NCBI GenBank assembly: GCA_039111475.1
Contig: JBCCIP010000008.1
Span: forward strand, 15,273 to 79,272
Direction: 5' to 3'
DNA length: 64,000 nt
Origin: Pseudomonadota bacterium
GTDB lineage: Bacteria; Pseudomonadota; Gammaproteobacteria; Pseudomonadales; JAUIET01
The translations under genes and the position numbers were made by a program. This document shows positions 47,385 to 56,056 of the stretch, piece by piece. The stretch's first letter is position 1. The number at the start of each line of letters is the position of its first letter. The notes below the pieces were generated by a model that was not told the DNA's origin, did not search any database, and saw only the letters and a list, made by a program, of their open reading frames with translations.

Positions 47385-47836
47385 TGTGCGTTATGAAACG
47401 TAGACACCACATTTGTTATTCCGCGCTACTATCGTTAGCCGCACTGCTGATCTCCGGCGTAGCCTCAGCCGATGCCAGCTTGTTGCTAGGCACTTACTGG
47501 TTCCCCGATAAAGACGGTCAATTAGAGATTGTTCAATCTGGTTCTGAATTTCAGGGCAAAGTCTCCGCCTACGATATTCCAGATCAAAAAGATGATCTTA
47601 ATCCTGACCCCGCTTTGAAAGGGCAGTTATTTCTCGGCTCATTAATGCTGAAGGGTTTCCACTATAACGAAAAGAAAGAGCGTTGGGAGGGTGGAACCGT
47701 TTATGACGCCTCTGAAGGGAAAAGTTACAAAAGCCGCTTGTGGTTTGATGACAACGACACATCGGTTCTGAATGTGCGCGGCTATATTGGTTCACCCATG
47801 TTTGGTCGAACAACAGTGTTTGAGCGCGTTAAATAA
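47381..47836 (+). CDS. DUF2147 exported protein
   Basis: D..NPDP.L, W.GG.VYD...GKSY, L.VRGYIG...FGRT..F.R; signal peptide. Confidence 0.88.
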   Translation: MMCVMKRRHHICYSALLSLAALLISGVASADASLLLGTYWFPDKDGQLEIVQSGSEFQGKVSAYDIPDQKDDLNPDPALKGQLFLGSLMLKGFHYNEKKERWEGGTVYDASEGKSYKSRLWFDDNDTSVLNVRGYIGSPMFGRTTVFERVK

Positions 47837-47886
47837 AGACTATCCCGCGCTGCGGCGCCCGCCGCAGTGAAGTAAACGATTAATAG

Positions 47887-48252
47887 CTAATCGATTAGCG
47901 CGGCCAGCATGGCAACCGTCTGCGCTACAGCAATCCAAATAACAATGTGGCGGGCCCAGTAAAGATTTCGCGAGTAGCGCAGGCCTAGCGTGGACAAACT
48001 GGACTCTCTGCGCAAATTTAGCTCCCAGCGCCTGAGCACAATGAGTAGTACTGAAAACACAATGCCGATCGTAACATTGGCAAACAGTATGGGCCATGCA
48101 GCGCTAACCAGAGTGTCCCGCGAATCAGCATCTGCCACCGCCAGCCCGAATCCCGAACTACTGATAAAGGCCAGTGCCACTATGGCGTCTGAATAATTCA
48201 CCAGGCGATCAGCCAATGCGCGCTCTTCGGACTCTAAATATTGTTTAGACAT
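47887..48252 (-). CDS. Small three-TM hypothetical protein
   Basis: 121 aa with three hydrophobic segments; N-terminal RLVNYSDAIVALA. Confidence 0.65.
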   Translation of the reverse strand: MSKQYLESEERALADRLVNYSDAIVALAFISSSGFGLAVADADSRDTLVSAAWPILFANVTIGIVFSVLLIVLRRWELNLRRESSLSTLGLRYSRNLYWARHIVIWIAVAQTVAMLAALID

Positions 48253-48316
48253 TGCTGTAGCTGGCTTCCCGTATAATGATTAGAGCAAGTGTACATTGAC
48301 TTGATGAGACCGCAAC

Positions 48317-49363
48317 ATGGGTAAACAGAACGTTGGAGATCTTGAGCAAATTCGACAAAACCTTGAGACTTGGTTGGCCAATCAGTTAGGCAAGGCCAGC
48401 GACTTTAGCATCGGTGAACTGAATTTTCCTGAAGCCAGCGGTGAAAGCAGCGTTACCTTGTTATTCGACGCCAATTGGCCCAGCGGTGAAGAAAAATTCG
48501 TGCTGCGCATGGTGCCTAAAGAAAGTGAGGTGTTTGAAAGCCATAACCTGAAATTACAATTTGACGTGATGAATATCGCGGGGCAACACGGTATTCCTGT
48601 GCCCGGCCTGGTGGCTTATGAAGCCAATCCTGATTTGCTGGGCAGCGATTTCTATGTGATGAACTTCACCGAAGGCCTGATACCACCCGACAATCCACCG
48701 ATGGCGTTTGGCAGTTGGGTTAGCGAGCTGAGCACTGACCAACGAGCCACCATGTGGAGCAATGGTTTGGACTTGTTGGCCGATATTCATTCACTGCCCC
48801 TGGAAGCATTCGATCAGATTGGTTTACCGCAGGCTGCAACGGATGAGTCACCAGCGGCGCATGAGCTTCACCTTTACGAGCGCTTGCTGGAATTGGGTAT
48901 AAGAGACGCAGCGGACCCTATCATCCGCCAGGCCTGGACTTTTATAAAAGACAACGCGCCTAAAAGCGGACCTCGCCGGCTTTGTTGGGGTGATTCACGG
49001 CCGGGTAACATTATCTATAAGGATCTAAAACCGGTTGCGGTACTGGATTGGGAACTGGCCAATATCGGCAACCCGCTGACGGATCTTGCCTGGTACTTCT
49101 GGATAGACCACACAAATTCCATAGGTCTTGGCGCAGATAAAATGACGGGCGTGCCCGATTACAATGAGGCCTACCAGCGCTGGAGCGACGCCACAGGCCT
49201 GCCCATTGACGATATGCCCTGGTACGAGCTATTCGTACAGTGGCGCTTTGCCCTCATCATGGAAAAGAAAATGATGGCAATGGCTAAGGTGGATGCCAAC
49301 TTTGCAGACTTTCCAAATCATGCGTCGCCACTAGTGGCGCCTTTACTGGAAAAATGCAGTTAG
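48317..49363 (+). CDS. Phosphotransferase (APH / ACAD10-like) family protein
   Basis: G.SS.T, VLR..P, PVP, FYVM, CWGDSRPGN, AVLDWE.A..G.P..DL.W. Confidence 0.9.
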   Translation: MGKQNVGDLEQIRQNLETWLANQLGKASDFSIGELNFPEASGESSVTLLFDANWPSGEEKFVLRMVPKESEVFESHNLKLQFDVMNIAGQHGIPVPGLVAYEANPDLLGSDFYVMNFTEGLIPPDNPPMAFGSWVSELSTDQRATMWSNGLDLLADIHSLPLEAFDQIGLPQAATDESPAAHELHLYERLLELGIRDAADPIIRQAWTFIKDNAPKSGPRRLCWGDSRPGNIIYKDLKPVAVLDWELANIGNPLTDLAWYFWIDHTNSIGLGADKMTGVPDYNEAYQRWSDATGLPIDDMPWYELFVQWRFALIMEKKMMAMAKVDANFADFPNHASPLVAPLLEKCS

Positions 49364-50286
49364 CGGGCGGCAATCACCTCGTCGCAGTGCTGTTTGATCA
49401 GCCCTGAATAAAGTTCACGAATTTTCATAAACATGGGTCCGGCCACTTGCTTCAAGGCTCTACCGTCTATTTCTGATACGGGTGTTTGCGCGCCAAACGT
49501 ACCGGTCACAAACGCTTCATCGGCGCTGTAAGTGTCAACCAGCGAGTAATTGCGCTCATACACCGGAATGTCGTTTTCGTGGCAAAGATCGATCACTTTC
49601 TGACGAGTAACACCGTTCATGCAATAGTCTCCGGTGGACGTCCAGACTTCGCCATGGCGAACGATAAAGAAATTGGTTGAATTAGTGGTGTTTACAAAGC
49701 CCAAGGGGTCTAACATCAAGGCTTCATCCGCGCCGGCCTGAATGGCTTGATTCAATGCCAATATGCAATTCAGTTTGCTGTGCGAATTCAGTTTTGGGTC
49801 TTGTGTAAGCGGCGCACCTCTGTGGTTAGGTACGGTGTGCATTCTGATGCCTTGTTGATAGATAGACTCATCAACTCGACTGTGTTCGGCGATGATCACA
49901 ATGGTTGGTCCACTGTCGCTTAAATCGGGATGCTGAAACGGGCGACGTTTAAGCCCACGTGTCACCATCAGGCGAAGATGCACATCGTCATGCATATCGT
50001 TAGCGTCCAGAGTGCGGTAAACGTCTTTGGCCAGCGCCTCTAATTGCATACCTATGTCAAGGTTAAGCATGAGTGCGCCAGCGTATAAACGCTCCAGGTG
50101 CTCTTCCAGAAAACACACCACACCATCGTGCAAACGCAGTCCTTCCCACACACCATCACCCAGCATAAAACCGCTGTCGTAAACCGACACTGTAGCTTCT
50201 GCTCTGGGCACAATATTGCCGTTCAAATATATCTTGATTGCTTGGTTGCGTTCGTCTATGTTCGCGTCGTGTGTACTGGTTGCCAC
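49360..50286 (-). CDS. PLP fold-type IV (aminotransferase class IV) protein, atypical active site
   Basis: VSV.DSGF.LGDGVWEGLR, HLERL, RLMVTRG, GADEALML, GVTR, ADEAFVTGT. Confidence 0.9.
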   Translation of the reverse strand: MATSTHDANIDERNQAIKIYLNGNIVPRAEATVSVYDSGFMLGDGVWEGLRLHDGVVCFLEEHLERLYAGALMLNLDIGMQLEALAKDVYRTLDANDMHDDVHLRLMVTRGLKRRPFQHPDLSDSGPTIVIIAEHSRVDESIYQQGIRMHTVPNHRGAPLTQDPKLNSHSKLNCILALNQAIQAGADEALMLDPLGFVNTTNSTNFFIVRHGEVWTSTGDYCMNGVTRQKVIDLCHENDIPVYERNYSLVDTYSADEAFVTGTFGAQTPVSEIDGRALKQVAGPMFMKIRELYSGLIKQHCDEVIAAR

Positions 50287-50325
50287 TGTGGATTTTCCTT
50301 TTTGTCTGTTACTAACGGATAGATC

Positions 50326-51054
50326 ATGACTGTTCGAATTGCTATGTGGTCTGGGCCACGCAATATTTCTACTGCAATGATGCGTGCCTGGGAAAATCGC
50401 TCAGACTGTCAGGTAATTGACGAGCCTTTGTACGGCTATTACTTGCATAAAACAGGGCTTGATCATCCCGGCGGTGCAGATGTTATGCAGGCTCAGGGTA
50501 CTGACTGGCAAACTGCAGTCAAGCGCTGTAATGCGGCGACTGATAATGGCGAAGCGCTTTTCTTCCAGAAGCACATGGCCATGCACATGTTACCGGAAGT
50601 ACCCATGAATTGGCTGGCAGACTACCGGCACTATTTTCTAATTCGCAACCCTGCATTGGTGCTTGCCTCTTACTCTGCCGTGCGCGAAACGGTCACAATG
50701 GACGACCTTGGTTTTCGACAAGCTGTTGAACTCTATAAAAGCTTGTCCAATAGCTGCAACCACGCACCGGTGGTTGTAGACACCGAGTCATTCCTCAAGC
50801 AACCTGACGCGCAATTGCGGGCCTTGTGCGATGCACTGCACATCGGCTTCGATGAGAATATGCTGCGTTGGCCGGCTGGCTCACGAAGCACTGACGGCGT
50901 ATGGGCAGCTTACTGGTACGACTCGGTTAACGCCTCCACAGGTTTCGCACCTTACAGGCCTAAATCACCCACTCTGGATACCGTTCAGCAGCACCTCGTT
51001 GACGAGGCCATGCCGTATTATGAAACGCTTAAGCGAATTGCTTTGGTCATTTAG
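50326..51054 (+). CDS. Sulfotransferase-like P-loop protein (BCAT-associated family)
   Basis: RIAMWSGPRNISTAMMRAW, DEPLY, QKHM..H, FLIRNP, DGVWA.YWY..V..STGF. Confidence 0.85.
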   Translation: MTVRIAMWSGPRNISTAMMRAWENRSDCQVIDEPLYGYYLHKTGLDHPGGADVMQAQGTDWQTAVKRCNAATDNGEALFFQKHMAMHMLPEVPMNWLADYRHYFLIRNPALVLASYSAVRETVTMDDLGFRQAVELYKSLSNSCNHAPVVVDTESFLKQPDAQLRALCDALHIGFDENMLRWPAGSRSTDGVWAAYWYDSVNASTGFAPYRPKSPTLDTVQQHLVDEAMPYYETLKRIALVI

Positions 51055-51124
51055 CTCTACCCGGAAACGGGCTTTCCTGCCCATTTCCTCTACCGTTACG
51101 CGAAATGCGATTTTGCTCCACCCA

Positions 51125-51154
51125 CAAAATAAGTAACTTACGCGACTTATTTTG
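51125..51154. terminator. Perfect 10-bp hairpin between convergent genes, possible terminator
   Basis: CAAAATAAGT-N10-ACTTATTTTG. Confidence 0.4.
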
Positions 51155-51213
51155 CCGGTACACTCCTGTGCTGGGCTGATAGCACCATTTTACGCTTAAG
51201 CACGGCTCAGCAT

Positions 51214-52329
51214 CTAACCGACAATACTGTCAGCACTCACATACTCCAGGTTTTGCGCCTCAGCAACCGCCTTATAAGTAAGCTCCCCCGCGTGCACGTT
51301 CAGGCCATTTTTCAGATGCGGGTCCATCTGCATGGCTTTACGGAAACCATTGTTTGCCAGGTTAAGTGCGAAAGGCAAAGTGGCATTATTCAACGCATTG
51401 GTTGAGGTCACGGGTACCGCACCCGGCATATTCGCCACACAGTAATGCACTACACCATCAACGACGTAGGTAGGTTCCTCATGCGTGGTGGCGTGCGAAG
51501 TCTCAAAACAACCGCCTTGATCAATAGCAACATCAACCACAACGGAACCAGGTTTCATGCGCGCCACAATGTCGGCCGTTAACAACTTAGGTGCTGAGGC
51601 ACCAGGTAACAGAACCGCGCCGATCACCAGATCAGCCTCAAGCGAATATTTCTCGATGGCTTCCCGGGTGCTGTAGATACAATTCACTTTTCCCGCGTAT
51701 TCTGATTCCAGCTCGCGCAAGCGCGGTAAGGACCTGTCAAGCAGAGTCACGTTAGCGCCCATACCTCTGGCAATATAGGCCGCGTTATCCCCTACCACAC
51801 CGCCGCCAATAACCAACACTTTGGCCGGTGGCGTACCGGGAACACCACCCAGTAGAACACCTGATCCGCCCTGAGCGCGCTCCAGACAATGCGCCCCGGC
51901 CTGCGCCGCGAGACGTCCGGCAACTTCGCTCATCGGTGCGAGAAGTGGCAAGGTTCCGTTCGGGCTGGTAACGGTTTCATAGGCAATTGCGGTAACACCG
52001 GAATCAAGTAGCAGCTGAGTTTGTTCAGGGTCAGGCGCAAGATGCAGGTAAGTGAACAGTGTCTGCCCTTCGCGCAGCTGTCGGCACTCTTCTGGCTGAG
52101 GTTCCTTGACCTTAACAATCAGCTCGTTCTGTGCGTATATCTCTTCAGCTGAGTCAGCCAGCCTGGCACCCACAGCTTCGTACTCTTTGTCATCCAGCCC
52201 AATGCCCGCGGCCGCGCCACGTTGCACTGTAATTTCATGCCCATAAAGGCGCAATTCTTTTACGCTGGCAGGCGTCAGCCCTACCCGATACTCGTGATTC
52301 TTAATCTCCTTTGGTACGCCAATCTTCAT
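51214..52329 (-). CDS. ald: Alanine dehydrogenase
   Basis: IGVPKEIKNHEYRVG, KVKEP, FTYLHLA, PMSEVAGR, VAIDQGGC, HYCVANMPG. Confidence 0.97.
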   Translation of the reverse strand: MKIGVPKEIKNHEYRVGLTPASVKELRLYGHEITVQRGAAAGIGLDDKEYEAVGARLADSAEEIYAQNELIVKVKEPQPEECRQLREGQTLFTYLHLAPDPEQTQLLLDSGVTAIAYETVTSPNGTLPLLAPMSEVAGRLAAQAGAHCLERAQGGSGVLLGGVPGTPPAKVLVIGGGVVGDNAAYIARGMGANVTLLDRSLPRLRELESEYAGKVNCIYSTREAIEKYSLEADLVIGAVLLPGASAPKLLTADIVARMKPGSVVVDVAIDQGGCFETSHATTHEEPTYVVDGVVHYCVANMPGAVPVTSTNALNNATLPFALNLANNGFRKAMQMDPHLKNGLNVHAGELTYKAVAEAQNLEYVSADSIVG

Positions 52330-52412
52330 GGTCAAACCCCCCTACGTTTTCGCGAAGTGTAGACAAGACCGCCGAATACGGACAGGTTCATCCTATGGAA
52401 TCTGGAGTTTTT

Positions 52413-52487
52413 ACGATATTTTTTTATGCATTTTGTGTTTATATCAATATATTCTGCCGTATAAAATGACTTTGACGATATTTTAGC
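52413..52487. promoter_or_regulatory. Putative Lrp-type sites at 31-bp spacing
   Basis: ACGATATTTT at 52413 and 52475, TCAATATATT at 52444. Confidence 0.5.
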
Positions 52488-52952
52488 TTGCTAACCGCGA
52501 TAGACCGAAAAATACTGCGAACGCTGCAGTCAGACGGCCGAATTTCCTATACAGATCTTGGCAAGCAAGTAGGGTTAACCACCACCCCTTGTATTGAACG
52601 AGTTCGAAAACTAGAGCGAGAAGGCTATATAAGCGGTTACTCGGGCATGCTGAACCCGGAACAATTGGAAGCGGGTCTGATCGTTTTCGTACAGATCAGC
52701 CTTGATCGCTCCAGTAAGCAAAACTTCGAACGGTTCAAGCATTCCGTTGCAAAGCTGGAGCAGGTTCAGGAATGTTATCTGGTTACGGGCAGTTTTGATT
52801 ACCTGATAAAAGCCAGGGTCAAGGACATGAAAGCCTACCGGGACTTTCTTGAAGACACGCTACTCAGTGTTCCTGGCGTGCAGGATTCAACAAGTATTGC
52901 AGTGATGGAGGCGGTAAAGGAAACCTTAACTATCCCGGTGCCGGCTGGATGA
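52488..52952 (+). CDS. Lrp/AsnC family regulator
   Basis: IDRKIL..LQ.DGRIS...L...VGL...PC.ERV..LE..G.I.GY, ECYLVTG.FDYL; divergent from ald. Confidence 0.93.
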   Translation: MLTAIDRKILRTLQSDGRISYTDLGKQVGLTTTPCIERVRKLEREGYISGYSGMLNPEQLEAGLIVFVQISLDRSSKQNFERFKHSVAKLEQVQECYLVTGSFDYLIKARVKDMKAYRDFLEDTLLSVPGVQDSTSIAVMEAVKETLTIPVPAG

Positions 52953-53106
52953 AAAGATGTTGCCAACGAAGCTCTGATGCGACGTGCGGTGAGGAACTTG
53001 GATCGGGCACGGAAATCAAATCGAATCTGCCGCGTTGCTACTTTTCCGCGCCGATAATACTCCTGAATTACATTTCAAACTGACATTTGAGAATGGCTAC
53101 CACGTT

Positions 53107-53916
53107 ATGAATACCGACTCTCTGCAGTACCAATTTGATCGAATCCGCAGTAACAAAGCGTTCGAAGCCTTTGTGATTATAATTATTATCACCTCCGCTT
53201 TGCTAATTGGCGCCAAAACTTACCAAATTTCCGACACAATAAAGTCGGCAATATTGTGGATGGACTGGTTCATTACGGCATTCTTTATTGTTGAATTAAG
53301 CATTCGATTCATGGGCGAGGAAGAAAAGAGACGCTTTTTCTTCAACGGCTGGAATGTCTTCGACACGTTGATCGTATTAGTGAGCGTTATTCCGATCGAC
53401 AACAGCGAAATGGCCTTGCTGGGACGTCTGGTCAGAATTTTTCGCGTACTGCGCATGGTCTCACTCATTCCTGAATTGCGAATGCTACTTGATTCCTTGC
53501 TCAAAGCGCTGCCGCAGTTGGGCTACGTAGTCGCATTGATGTTTATTATTTTCTACATTTACGCGGCCATGGGCAGCATGTTCTTCGCTCAAATTAATCA
53601 AACATTGTGGGGTGATATCTCCATTGCGATGCTGACCTTATTTCGCATTATGACTTTCGAAGACTGGACGGACGTAATGTACGAAACGATGGCGGTTTAC
53701 CCTCTCAGCTGGACATTTTATCTAACCTTCATTTTCTTCACCGCCTTCGCATTTCTTAACATGGTGATTGGCATAGTGGTGAGAGTGCTGGATGAAGAAA
53801 ACGAACGCATGAAAGCTGAAGCGCTTGGTCACGAGCCCTGTACGCTGGATATGTTGCAGGAAGAGATCAGATCGCTACGCGCGGAAATTCGAGACAACAA
53901 CACAAAAAGTCAGTGA
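53107..53916 (+). CDS. Bacterial voltage-gated cation channel (BacNav-like)
   Basis: S4 RLVRIFRVLR, GWN.FD, pore TLF.IMTFEDWTD, LNM.IG; ATG at 53107. Confidence 0.92.
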   Translation: MNTDSLQYQFDRIRSNKAFEAFVIIIIITSALLIGAKTYQISDTIKSAILWMDWFITAFFIVELSIRFMGEEEKRRFFFNGWNVFDTLIVLVSVIPIDNSEMALLGRLVRIFRVLRMVSLIPELRMLLDSLLKALPQLGYVVALMFIIFYIYAAMGSMFFAQINQTLWGDISIAMLTLFRIMTFEDWTDVMYETMAVYPLSWTFYLTFIFFTAFAFLNMVIGIVVRVLDEENERMKAEALGHEPCTLDMLQEEIRSLRAEIRDNNTKSQ

Positions 53917-53954
53917 CAAGGTAGCCAGAACTTCCGGCAACCAACGCCGTGGCA

Positions 53955-55172
53955 TTATTTGACCAGCGAGAATTCCAAGCCGGCATGGGCTTCGAGGCGC
54001 TGGATCAACGGGTCGCCCAGCAGTGTTGCAGGTGTCCAAAAACCACCGGACGTATCATCGGCAATATCGTGCGCCAGACACGCTGCTGCTTGCGAGATCA
54101 TTTTTGCCGTGGACCCATAACCAGGGTCTCGATCGCCCGTGACCTCACAACGGATTTGCTCCCCTGAATCAGTATCGCCCAGCAGAATCAGCCTGAAACC
54201 ACCATTCAATTGCTCCTCTTCGGAAGGACCTTCACCGGGCTTGGGCAGTACAAAACGCTCTAAGGTCCATCGAACAGGTGCTACAGCCGCACCAATCATG
54301 AAGCCGCCCAGTCCCCACAGCATCATGCGAGCCGCATTTTTTCCTTTGCTGCCTTTGCCCGTCATCATGGCTTCCTGATATTTAAACTGTTCACCATAGG
54401 CTTTGTTTTTCAACGCGTTGCTGCGGTGCACAACACGCGTGTTAATCGCCGCCATGACGAAGGGCGCCATCCAACTGGAGAAATCTTCGTCGTATTCCAC
54501 CTTTACATTGTGTTGCCGCACCGTGAAGCCATGATCAGGCGGGCATGTAGCGTACGGGTTTGCCAGCTCTTTTCGCAGCGCCGGATCTTTGGTCGCTTCT
54601 TTGGTCAAATTAATAATACTGGCGATGGTGCCGCCGGATGCACCTCCCTTCATTTTGGCAACCCCCATCTTCACGCTTTCGCAGGTTTTCCCAAACTTCT
54701 CCATAGCGTGATTTTGCAAGAAGTGAACACCTAGATCAGACGGCATAGAGTCGAACCCACAGCAATGCACAATCCATGCACCACTGTCTTTTGCCTGCTG
54801 CTCATACGTGTTCTGCATGCGCGTAATCCACTGCGTCTCACCGGCCAGGTCGCAATAATGGGTTCCTGATTCTACGCAGGCTTTAACCAGTGGGCTGCCA
54901 TACAGTGCGTATGGACCAACTGTGGACATAATCACTCGCGCACGAGCACACATGGCTTCTAAGGCCGGCTCATCGGCCGCATCCGCGACGATGGTTTCAA
55001 GGTGCGAGCCACCAAGCTCGCTCTTTAGCTGCTCAAGCTTCTGCTCGGAGCGACCCGCAATAGCCCATGCAAGCTGTTGCTGGTCAAAATGTTCCAGCAT
55101 ATAGCGCACAATAATCTGCCCAACGAAACTGCTTGCGCCGTATACCACTACATCAAAATCTGCCTTACTCAT
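53955..55172 (-). CDS. Saccharopine dehydrogenase-like / trans-acting enoyl reductase family oxidoreductase
   Basis: YGASSFVG, AIAGR, TVGPY..YG, HYCDL.GE, CGFDS.PSD, SGGT, DPGYG.T; ATG at 55172. Confidence 0.9.
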   Translation of the reverse strand: MSKADFDVVVYGASSFVGQIIVRYMLEHFDQQQLAWAIAGRSEQKLEQLKSELGGSHLETIVADAADEPALEAMCARARVIMSTVGPYALYGSPLVKACVESGTHYCDLAGETQWITRMQNTYEQQAKDSGAWIVHCCGFDSMPSDLGVHFLQNHAMEKFGKTCESVKMGVAKMKGGASGGTIASIINLTKEATKDPALRKELANPYATCPPDHGFTVRQHNVKVEYDEDFSSWMAPFVMAAINTRVVHRSNALKNKAYGEQFKYQEAMMTGKGSKGKNAARMMLWGLGGFMIGAAVAPVRWTLERFVLPKPGEGPSEEEQLNGGFRLILLGDTDSGEQIRCEVTGDRDPGYGSTAKMISQAAACLAHDIADDTSGGFWTPATLLGDPLIQRLEAHAGLEFSLVK

Positions 55173-55267
55173 TGATTCTCCACTATTACTGTTCAGTTTT
55201 CGGTTGCCGGCCCAGTTACACCACATTAGCATTCAAGCTATACACTAGTCACGCAAGGTAACAGCAA

Positions 55268-56041
55268 ATGGAGCAAACAGCGAGAGCGAGTGAATTCACC
55301 CAACTGCATAAACCCGGTCAACCCGTAGTCCTTTTTAATGCCTGGGATGCTGGTAGCGCCAAGGCAGTGGCTGCAGCGGGAGCAACGGCGATCGCTACGG
55401 GTAGCTGGTCGGTAGCGGGCGCGCAGGGCTTTGGTGACGGGCAACAGATACCCCTTGATTTTCTACTGCAGATTGCAGAGCGGATATGCGAAGCCGTAGA
55501 CCTGCCTGTGAGTATTGATTTTGAAGGTGCATATGATTCAACGCCAGAGGGCAGCGCCAATAATGTTGCCCGCTTGATAGAGGCTGGAGCAGTGGGAATG
55601 AATTTTGAAGACCAAGTAGTCGGTGAACAAGGTCTACATGACGTCAATCTGCAGAGTGAGCGCATTCAAGCTATTCGCGAAAAGGCAGATTCACTGTGCT
55701 CTAACTTCTATATTAATGCCCGAACAGATGTATTTTTGAAAGAATCGAATACGTCTCAGCACAGCGCGTTGTTTGATCTGGCCGCCCAAAGAGCAACGGC
55801 CTATGCCGCCGCAGGCGCCAGTGGTTTTTTCGCGCCGGGGCTTGTCGAAGCCGTATTGATTGAAAGAATGTGCCAGCACTCCGCACTACCGGTAAATGTG
55901 ATGATGAAAGCCGGCGTACCTTCTATCCAGCAGCTCGCTGAACTGGGTGTTGCACGGGTGAGCTATGGACCGGGCCCGTTTGTGCAAATGTTGGCGTGGT
56001 TGCAAGAACAGGCACAGGCAGCGCTATCGCCTGGCGCCTAG
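55268..56041 (+). CDS. Isocitrate lyase / PEP mutase family protein
   Basis: NAWDAGSA, PVSIDFE.AY, GMNFED, INARTD.F, AGA.G.F.PG, LPVN, GVARVSYG. Confidence 0.92.
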   Translation: MEQTARASEFTQLHKPGQPVVLFNAWDAGSAKAVAAAGATAIATGSWSVAGAQGFGDGQQIPLDFLLQIAERICEAVDLPVSIDFEGAYDSTPEGSANNVARLIEAGAVGMNFEDQVVGEQGLHDVNLQSERIQAIREKADSLCSNFYINARTDVFLKESNTSQHSALFDLAAQRATAYAAAGASGFFAPGLVEAVLIERMCQHSALPVNVMMKAGVPSIQQLAELGVARVSYGPGPFVQMLAWLQEQAQAALSPGA

Positions 56042-56056
56042 ATCCATCAATCAATG

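Noticed and set aside
48317..49363. WGD in place of HGD in the phosphotransferase catalytic loop
   Set aside because: Catalytic Asp, Asn and DWE are intact, and I recall this variant as common in the subfamily
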